Assembly (NCBI RefSeq): GCF_036321535.1
Contig: NC_087447.1
Location: forward strand, 41,232,001-41,296,000
Length of the DNA: 64,000 nt
Direction: 5' to 3'
Source of the DNA: Camelus dromedarius
Taxonomy: Eukaryota
Every line of letters begins with the position of its first letter. The first letter of the stretch is position 1. The position numbers were made by a program, and so were the translations under genes. The notes below the pieces were generated by a model. That model saw only the letters and a list, made by a program, of their open reading frames with translations, was not told the DNA's origin and made no database searches. Positions 1-10,897 of this stretch are shown piece by piece.

Positions 1-372
1 GTCTCATTGTGGTTTTAATTTATATTTCCCTAGTGGCCAGTGATGTTCAACATTTTTGCATGTGTTTAGTTGCCCTTTCTATACTCTCATTAATGTAATA
101 TGTCTTTTTTTAGAAAAATATTATCGACTTTTGAGAGTTCCTTATATATTCTACACACTAGTCCTTTGACAAATAAGTGGTTTGCAAATATTTTCTCCCA
201 GTCTGTATCTCATCTTTTCATCCATTTCACATGGGGTTTCGCAGAGCAAAATTTTTAAATTTTGAAGACCAGTATAACAAGTTTTCCTTTTATGGATTAT
301 ACCTTTGGGTTGCCTAAGAACTCTTTGCCTAGCCTTAGATCCAAAAGATTGTCTGCTATTTTTTCCTAAAGT
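1..372 (-). mobile_element. L1 fragment (old L1M, 3' part of ORF2)
   Basis: Typical antisense L1 text: CTCATTGTGGTTTTAATTTATATTTCCCT...TTTGCAAATATTTTCTCCCAGTCTGT. Confidence 0.8.
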
Positions 373-1164
373 GGTAAATAAGGGGAATGGGAAGGAGAGG
401 AGGAGTTAAAATGAGATCACACCTATCTCCTTTTTGCTCAATTCTGCACTTAAAAAATTATAATAAGAACAATCTCTTGTGAAAAGTTTGTAATTACAGG
501 TTTTTTTAAGAATCCAAGCATCCAGCACCTCTCTGAGCAGTGCTACTGCATAAATTCAAGACACTGATCACCATTGTTATTATCAACAGTGCCCTTACCC
601 TTCACAACTATCAACACTTATGTGCCTTTCATCAGAGAAATTTAAACAAGATTTATAAATAGAGGTTCATTTATTCACAGAGAACACCTTTGATGCAAGG
701 CTATAATTCGAAAATACAGACATAATAAATGACTTGCCCAGATTTTCAAACAAGCCAGGAAATGATCCAGAGCCAGAATTCCACTCTCATACGAATAAAT
801 ATATATACTGGCTCTCGGCACAGCACCGTGAATAACCCCGTCCCCTGGCATTTTAGTCTCTCCCCAAGTAATTGAGTGTTTAAATGACTTGCAAACCTTC
901 ACTATGACTTTAAAAATTGCCTATGGCTGGCATTCTTTTTAAAGGGATGGCTTTTAAAAGTTTAACATCAACCTTCCAAAGAAAAGAAGAGAGTAAGATT
1001 AGTTTTCACCTTCTGGAAGAGGACAACCCTAGAAGAACATAGTGCTTTTCCAAATGACAGTTCAGATCACATTATTCAGCCTAAAATCAATAACCTAGCA
1101 GGAATACTCTACAAGTGCATTAGCCTAAATTTCTAAAGAAGCCTAAAAGACACTGATCTAAATC

Positions 1165-1365
1165 AGGAAAACTGATTCAAGCCCTGCCTCTGCCAGTAAC
1201 TGTGTGTGTGGCCATGCATAACTCCTCTAAATCTCAGATTCCTCATTTGTAAAGTAGGAATAAGAACAGCTCCCTGCTTAAGTAAATGGGTTGTCTCAAA
1301 GTTCAAATAAGAGAGATTGTGAAGGTGCTCTGTACAGTAAGAAGTTGCAGATAAATTACTATTAA
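1165..1365 (+). mobile_element. MIR SINE
   Basis: Core CTCAGATTCCTCATTTGTAAAGTAGGAATAAG. Confidence 0.7.
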
Positions 1366-3519
1366 TGTATGAAACCCGAGTCCTTGATGCAAGCATACTA
1401 CCTACTCTCTCCACCCACAAAGTGAGAAAACATCTGATTTGCCACATTCAAGCCTCTCAGTGTGGGTCCCAGTAATTTGTTTTTTCTAGACTAACTGGTC
1501 TCAACTGCAGTGTCTAGAAAAGGATCATGTGGCATTTCTTTGTGAAGTGTGTCATGCTTTAAAGTGACAAAGTGACTTAAGCTTTTATAAATTAAAGAGG
1601 ATTATGCTAGAGATGTTTCCCTCTGCAATATCTGCCGTAGTCCTGTTCTGAGGGAATGGCCCCCTCCTTCTGCTGCTCCCATGATCCTTCCTTAAACACA
1701 ACCAGAGCTGGATTAAAAGGTGGACAGTTGGGCAGTTGCCTAGATCATAATTCTAAAAGGGGCACTGAAATATCACTGGAATAATTAGTAACTATACAAA
1801 TAGTTAAGGTTTCCATGGTCAAAATCTTAACACAGGTAGAGGAACATAAATTTGCTCCCGCTTGAAATACAGCACAGGGAAGATGAAACTAAAAATAATA
1901 GTGTTACTCTGACATTTATTGGATGCTTATTACAATGCCAGGCTGTATACCAAGTGCCTTACACACATGACCGCATTTTAACCCAGCAATTATTGTATGT
2001 TATCATTTTTAAACCTGTTCTCAGATGCAGAAATTGAGATGTCCCCAAGACTGCACAAGTAGCAGACAGTGAAGTGCAATTTGAAACCAGTCTTCTTCCA
2101 GCACCTGTACTCACTATGCCTCCTGGCCCTCCCCAAGTCTAGCTAAGTCTGACATATGTTTTTGTGTCTTGCATTTAAGCAGGCACAATTAGATGAAATT
2201 CACCAGGCACATTAAATCTGAAACCCAATAATTCATGGATAGTGCTGCTGGCCAGAAATCAGTGATCGATTTTAAAATACAAATTTCAAACCTTTTGATA
2301 CATCTTCAAAGAATGTGTCTGGTTCAGAAAAATTACAAAACAAAAGTGAAGAGACAGTAGAAACTATTTTTTAAGCAAAATACATTGTCTATAGTTTTAA
2401 TTGATTGAAAATTTTCTCATTGTCCCCATCAAATAATGGTTTAACAAATATTTAAAGGATACTTTTGAAAGGTGCATTAGAACTCAGTTCTAAATGACAG
2501 ATTTCACTCTAGCTAATTTAAACAGAAAAGGATTTAGTAGGAAGAATTAGGGATTTATTAAATCACTAAAAGGGCTAGTAGAACTGAGGCTGCATTTTCA
2601 GGCAGGACTTCCAGAACACTATTACAGAGCTGGCCCAACATGGGCACCATGCTTCTGCCACACCCAAGAAGCTGGGGAGTAAGGAAGCCATCTCCATAGC
2701 TGCTGACTTTGACAAAGCTTGAGTCAGCAAAACAGTCGGCCAGCTCCCTGTCTCTCATCACCCTTGAAATTTAGGGACTGAGTGGCTGAGATCTCTGCTA
2801 ATGCTGTCCCCGAAAAACCAACAAGTGCCAATGGAAATAACAGAAATAGTAGAAATACAGCCTCCACCTCAGAATATTCACGTTTAACTTTCATATCTTG
2901 CTAAGGTACCTCTATTTTACAGAAACTAGGTATCATGAATCCAAGCCATAAGGACTTCTGGTAAATGCAGTCTCTTTACATTAAAGGTGACATGTTGGGG
3001 CAGGCATGGAGATGTGTCACTCAGATCCTTCTTCAAGAAAGGACTTGCTGCCCTGCTGAGGGGCTGTAGAGTGATCAGCGGTGGCCTCCAGCTCTCAGCT
3101 CAGTCCACCTCCACTGCAGTCCTGTCCTTCCCAGGGCAGGGGTGTACTATGTGAGCGATGTGAGGGAGGGAGGAGTATAAAAAGCAGGGGTGAGACACTC
3201 TGACCAACAATACTGACTCTAGAGCTCACTGTTTCCTTATCTGCTTCTGGCAAACCCAACTGCAATGCAAATTAACTCACCATCTTAGAGCAACCAAGGC
3301 TGCAAATTTGTTGTATCAGTCAAAATTCTTGTTACTCCTTCCAGTGACGATTTTACTTGAGCCTCAGGTAACCAACTGAGTTCCTTTTTAACAGTGAAGC
3401 TCTAATGCTTATCCAATATATCTACTGTAATCTTATTTGAAATCATTTCCTGCCTAATATAAATAAGCATATGCACACTCCACCCAGACATACATGGCTT
3501 GTAGTTCCCACAACCAGCA

Positions 3520-3730
3520 TTGCACCTAATCTTGGCTCTGCCACCAACTAGCTGTGGGAACTTGGGTAATTTATTTACCAATCTATGCTCTATTTCCTTA
3601 TCTGTAAAATAGGCATAGTCATCTGATAGTATTGTGGTAAAGAGTAAATGAGCTAATACTTTAAAAAATGTGTAGACAGAAAAGTCCCAGCTGATACTGT
3701 GTATTCAGTAAATGCTAGCTGTTACCATTA
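3520..3730 (+). mobile_element. MIR SINE
   Basis: CTTGGCTCTGCCACCAACTAGCTGTG...TTTCCTTATCTGTAAAATAGG...TAAATGAGCTAAT. Confidence 0.75.
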
Positions 3731-4849
3731 TTGGTCTGAGTTCTGTCTGCATTGTCTATACGTGTATTTTTTCTTATCTATCTCAGCAACTAACATTCTG
3801 CAATTATTGACTAAGCAATCACAGAAAAATTTCTTATGTTTCAAGCCCCTTAATTATCAGACTCTTCAGATTTTAGGACCTACATTAAATCCTACACTTG
3901 ATTTCAATTGAATTTATTAGCTGAATGTTTTGGACTGTCTCAACTCACGACGATGTAAACCAGATGTGTGAAGATTAAACTGGGAGCATATATGTAAAAG
4001 GCTTTTCTGAAATGTAAAACGTGTGAAAATACGGGATATTAGTCCAACATTGTTATGAAGCTAGACAACTCCTGAAATTACAAAATGAAATTCTTGGCTC
4101 TTCAAGTGATATTGCACCCCTTCCCCCAAATTATTTATCCCCCTTGTGGTTAAAGCTTAAATGAAAGTGATTTAATTGGAATAATTTAAAAATAATAATG
4201 ACGACATATGGATAGCCTGCCATAGGGCAAAGATTTGAAGATGCTGAAAACTTTAAAACATTTAGGACCAAATGTTGGCATCTACTATCAGTCCTAGGAA
4301 ACTATCTATTTCAGTTCTCCTGAAAATTCTGTTAAATAAAGGGTTAGATGTCTTTCAACGCCAAAGTAATTTATTCACATATCCAAGAAGCATACTTAAG
4401 AAAAACAAAGGCTGCCCTAGCTTTTCACTGCAAGTTGGGAATTTTCTGTCATTGGTGCAGCGCTTGAAAACTTCAAATTTTCATTCGGCTATTTCTGTGG
4501 GGCCTCGAAAAGCTAAAATACTGCAAACAATGGGACTCACTGTTTAATGCTACCTGTATTTTAACAAATTACCTTCAAGAAGTGTATATATTTTAAGATG
4601 CCAGTTTGGAAAAACAGACTGCAGGTTGCCAAGACGGATCTCACACACAAAAAAAATGAAATACACAGCCCGCAGCCTTTTGCTGTGCTGTTTTTATTTA
4701 AAAACAGGGGACGGGCGTAGACGAATTAGGCTTAAAACACCCGAATGCTGCTCCTAGCAAACAGAACTCCAGAGCGCTGGGCATTCCTCTGGGGAGGGGG
4801 CCACTTGTAAGGTCCAAAGACACAGCAAGCGGACTCGTCTCTGTTGACA

Positions 4850-6130
4850 CTGCGGAGACGCCGCTATCCCTACGTACTTCTTGGGTGAGCCCAGGTGGGG
4901 TCCAGGTGGCTCTCCGAACCCCATCTGGGCTCATCCAAGAACTCTGGCAAGAGCAGCGGTCCCAGCGAGGCCAGGCTCAGCTGCCAATTCGGTCCGCCAG
5001 GAGCCCTTGACACGCCAGCGCCCAGGAGGGGCGTGGAAGGGATTGGGCGTTTTCTGCCCCGATTCCAGTGGGAAAACAAGGAAAAGAGAAGGCGGTTGCG
5101 CAACCAGGGCCTGGGGTGCGGTTTGGGAAACAAAGAGGTCGTGAAAACACCAGCAGCCGAGGCTCTCCGAATATAGTCAACGCCGCCAAGCCAGAGCCCC
5201 AGTGTTTCTGGGCACACAGATTTATCGAGGCCAGTCCACCCCAAGGGAATCACAAATGCGATCTTGCAGCACCCAGGAATCTTCATTGTAAACAAGAGCC
5301 CAGGCTGCTTCCGGCGGGAGAAAGTTTGAAAACAATCGCTTCACGTCGGGAATCCGCTCAGGCTTCCTGAGCCAAGGAATCCAGAGCCGCGGCGCTGATA
5401 GCTGGACCGCGCCTCAACCGAGCTTGGTCCTTCCCTTTAGTCCCGCCCCACTGCTCCGCGCGGATTGGCGGCGGGAAGCAGCTCTGGCGCTGATTGGGCG
5501 GCGATGGAGTCGCTCGTGGAGACGGTAAGTTCGGGTGCCCCAGAGTGCTAAATTTATCTTCAGACAAGCGACCGCGCCAGCCGCGAATCGGATGGCTATG
5601 GAGGTGGCATAGGCGATATCCCTGAGCCGAGAGCATCACCCTGTCCCCGAATCCTTCTTTCCTCTGTTTTGTTTTTCATTTACCCCCTTCCTTTCTCCCT
5701 TCTCCCCCCCTCCAGTCCGCGACGACTGGCTCTTGACCCTGTTCAGGCCTCGGTGAAGGTGAGGACCAGAGCCGCCGCGGCGGCTGAGTGGTGCGCTCTG
5801 AAATGGCCGCTGCCTTGATCTTTGTAAAATGGCGGCCTCAGGCTCCGCTGGGACCCGCGGCGCTGCTCCGCAGCCCAGCCGCAGCTGAGACCGTTCTCTC
5901 CATCACTGATGGAGATGAAGGAGAAAGATAGTGTCGGGTGCTGAGACGTTTTCCTGTGGTTGTTAGCTGAGGCGACCGCCCGGGGACGCGAGAGGAGTTC
6001 TGTAGGCGAGGGTGGACTCCGACAGGAAGCCAGCCCCCAGCTGTCGCGGGCTGCGGGCAGCGCGCACCTGTGACAAGGAGAAGCCGAGGGATAGCTGGCC
6101 CCGGGCGCACAACGAGGTGACTGTTTAAAG
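4850..6130 (+). promoter_or_regulatory. ZBED5 CpG-island promoter with two inverted CCAAT boxes, a GC box and YY1-like sites
   Basis: CpG-rich. ATTGG at 5464 and 5493; CCCGCCCC ~5442; AAATGGCCGC 5801; AAAATGGCGGC 5826. Confidence 0.8.
5575..5758 (+). other. ZBED5: ZBED5 leader exon 1 (paralog of EIF4G2 exon 1); TSS approximate
   Basis: Lies in a CpG island. Ends CTCGGTGAAG|GTGAG, identical to the EIF4G2 exon 1 donor (41205). Shares CTATGGAGGTGGC and a pyrimidine tract with it. Confidence 0.8.
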
Positions 6131-6734
6131 AAGCATTTAGGTGCTGGACTGGGTGTCCGTGCCCACTTTTGCCGTTTTGAATGGACTGCACTCTTACCCA
6201 GCCTTCCTGCCCCCAAGGGTATTGTTCAAAGCTGGAACCGCCTGAGGGTGGGGGGTGAATGGATTGTGATACCTGTCAGTTTAACTGGAAGAGACAAAAG
6301 ATGAGGATCCCCCCCCCCCCTTTCAGGCAGGCGAATAGAAATTTATAGAGAGTGCAATCTCTTTGTCCTCCAGAGATTCAGGGAAGCACCTCTAAAGAGG
6401 TGGTGATGAGACCCCCCTCCCCTCCTGAAAACAAAGCGTCCTACTCCGTTGCGTCCTTCTCTGGCAGCAAGGGAGAAGGATCCTAACCTTTGAGGTCACC
6501 CAGCAAACGGCTCCATGAAATTCTCTGTCGCTAGATTCCATTCTGGACTGTGGAAGGACAATCTCTTTTGCTCCCAGTAATGGAGAATTAGGGCTTGCTG
6601 CTGCTGCTGCCGCCCATTTAAGACCCTAGACTTTCTGGCAGTTGTAATCCTTTGTAGTTCATTTCTCTGCACCGTCCAATTGCTGGACCAGATTTTTTGA
6701 GTGCTTGGGAAGTTAAGAGTATTCAGGGACACAC

Positions 6735-6965
6735 AGCAGTACTAGGCACGTGGGCTCTGCAGGCGAACTTTTTGAGTTCTGAGTTCTTCACAGATGTGTT
6801 AACTTAGCAGGTGGCTTAACCTCTCTGCATCTATTTGTTCATCCCTACTGGAGGGAGTGATTAATGATAGTCTCTGACTCTCAGATTTGAGGATTAAATG
6901 AGCTAATCTACGAAGGATTTAGCAGTTAACTGGCACGTAGTAAACAATGGTCACTCAAACATTAG
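6735..6965 (+). mobile_element. MIR SINE in ZBED5 intron 1
   Basis: GGCTTAACCTCTCTG...GAGGATTAAATGAGCTAAT...TGGCACGTAGTAAAC. Confidence 0.7.
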
Positions 6966-7390
6966 TAACCTTAGGAACTTGGTTATTGAGACAAGGGCGG
7001 TTATAGCAAAAAGGCATAGTTTTTATAACACTTACATGTATAATTCCATTTTGGATTACTTTGAATGCTTAGTTAGTTTTAGAGACATTAAAGTGTGTCT
7101 GTACCGTAAAAAGTTAGGTTTAGTTTCTGAAAGTTTTTAATGTCTTTCTGTGAAGTCAGTGGATGGGGGAGTATTTCAAAACAATGAAATTACCTGGATA
7201 TTAAACAGGACAAAAATATTAGCATTTCTCCTATGCTAGGCACCTTCTATTTCACTCTTAAGATCTGCATTGTGGTGAAGAATCATTTGTACCACCTAGC
7301 TCTAAAATAAATTGTTAAGGAATAGTCATCTGAGAGATTTGTATTTAGTTCTGCTTTTGCAGTGTCTAATTATAATTTTTCTCATTCTAG

Positions 7391-7505
7391 GCTTTTGGTT
7401 ACTCCCCTTCCACCCTATCCCTTAATTTAATTTTTTCGAAGAATCTACATTTCAAGCTGCCAAGGTGGAGAGTGTGACTACAGAAGGGACTGCTTCTCAT
7501 TTCAG
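7391..7505 (+). other. ZBED5: ZBED5 leader exon 2 (paralog of EIF4G2 exon 2), contains GUG at 7465
   Basis: Acceptor TTTCTCATTCTAG|G is identical to the EIF4G2 exon 2 acceptor; donor TTTCAG|GT. 35/41 nt identical to EIF4G2 42665-42705. Confidence 0.85.
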
Positions 7506-8131
7506 GTATCTTACTCTCTAGCTGTTACTAGGAAAACCATTTTGATTCAGGATCTAATATGAGAACCCAGTGCTTACTCTGTAGCCAAATCATAAAGTTT
7601 AAATCAAAAGTAGCTTTATTTAGATAGATACTAAATTTGAATGCCTTAACTTATAAGCCAGTACTCTTCAGCGGTCCTAAAATTTGCATTACCGTTCCAT
7701 TTAATTATGCTTTTTAAAAGCTGTTATATGAAGAATATACCTATTAAAATGAGAGTTTATGTTTTCTTTAGGTCTTTGTTAAGCCTTCAGTAAAGAATAA
7801 TAGGGTGCAGAGTAATCAGTAAAATCTATACATTACTTTGAATAGGTCTTATTTTGGATAATGTAAATATTTATGTCATTTTAAGTCCAGAGAAATAGTA
7901 ACTAACTTTTGGTTTATAGTTTACTTTTCAATGTTAACACAGTATTTAGGATGCAGCAGGATTCTGTGTTTTGCAAAACTTTGAACTATGTGTGTTTTTG
8001 ACATAGCTCTTCAGAATAGTTGCTAGCCCTGAAAGGAGCCTTCAGATGTATAATAGTGTCAGCAATTAATGTGTCTAATGGCAGTAGGCACCAGAAAGCT
8101 AAAAGAGATTCCAGGATACTGTGTCCATGAA

Positions 8132-8335
8132 AGGGGTTGGTAAATTATGGCCCCATCCTGTTTTTATAAATAGAGATTAGTTAGAATACAGCTGGGCCCG
8201 TTCTTTAAGGTATTGTCTATGGCTGCTGCCGTGCCACAAGTACAAACTTGAGTAGTGGCAACAGAGACCATGTGTCCCCATAAAGTAAAAAATATTTACC
8301 AAATGATCTTCATAGGAAAAGTTTGCCAGCCCCTG
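8132..8335. mobile_element. MER58-like hAT-Charlie MITE
   Basis: Ends AGGGGTTGGTAAA...TTTGCCAGCCCCTG; internal TATTGTCTATGGCTGCT...GCAACAGAGACCAT. Confidence 0.8.
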
Positions 8336-8663
8336 CCGTGGGGCCTCAAAGTCCCTTCCTTCAAAATACATTTATCAACTCTTCATTATTTCTTAGCCCA
8401 GTGGTTCCCAAATCGTCTTTTACAGGATGTTAATATTGTCTAAGTTTATAAGTGTTATGAGGAAAAGATCAATGCTAACAGTAGTTTTTTCTTTGTAATT
8501 TATTTTAAAATATAAGTTTAAGACTGCTAAACTCATTGCTATAGCTTTTATTTTTATGTGATAATCTACCTTTACGAAAAGGAGTGCCATACCTGAGAGC
8601 ACCAGGAAGTCGAATGAGAGATCACCTGATACACGAACGTGTGATGTTCCATCTGCGCCTTGA

Positions 8664-10802
<2,139 letters not shown>

Positions 10803-10848
10803 AATTGGAGGGTTCTGCATGCCTCTTGATAACCAAATATAAGGTGAA

Positions 10849-10897
10849 AATAAAAAATGATTTGCTTCACCACTGGTATTTTGAGGTTTTAAATAAA
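10849..10897 (+). terminator. Candidate ZBED5 polyadenylation signals
   Basis: AATAAA at 10849-10854 and 10892-10897, shortly after the stop codon. Confidence 0.5.

Noticed and set aside
4698..6216. Cluster of ORFs around the ZBED5 promoter
   Set aside because: Same CpG-island artefact; the region is explained as the duplicated promoter, exon 1 and intron 1.
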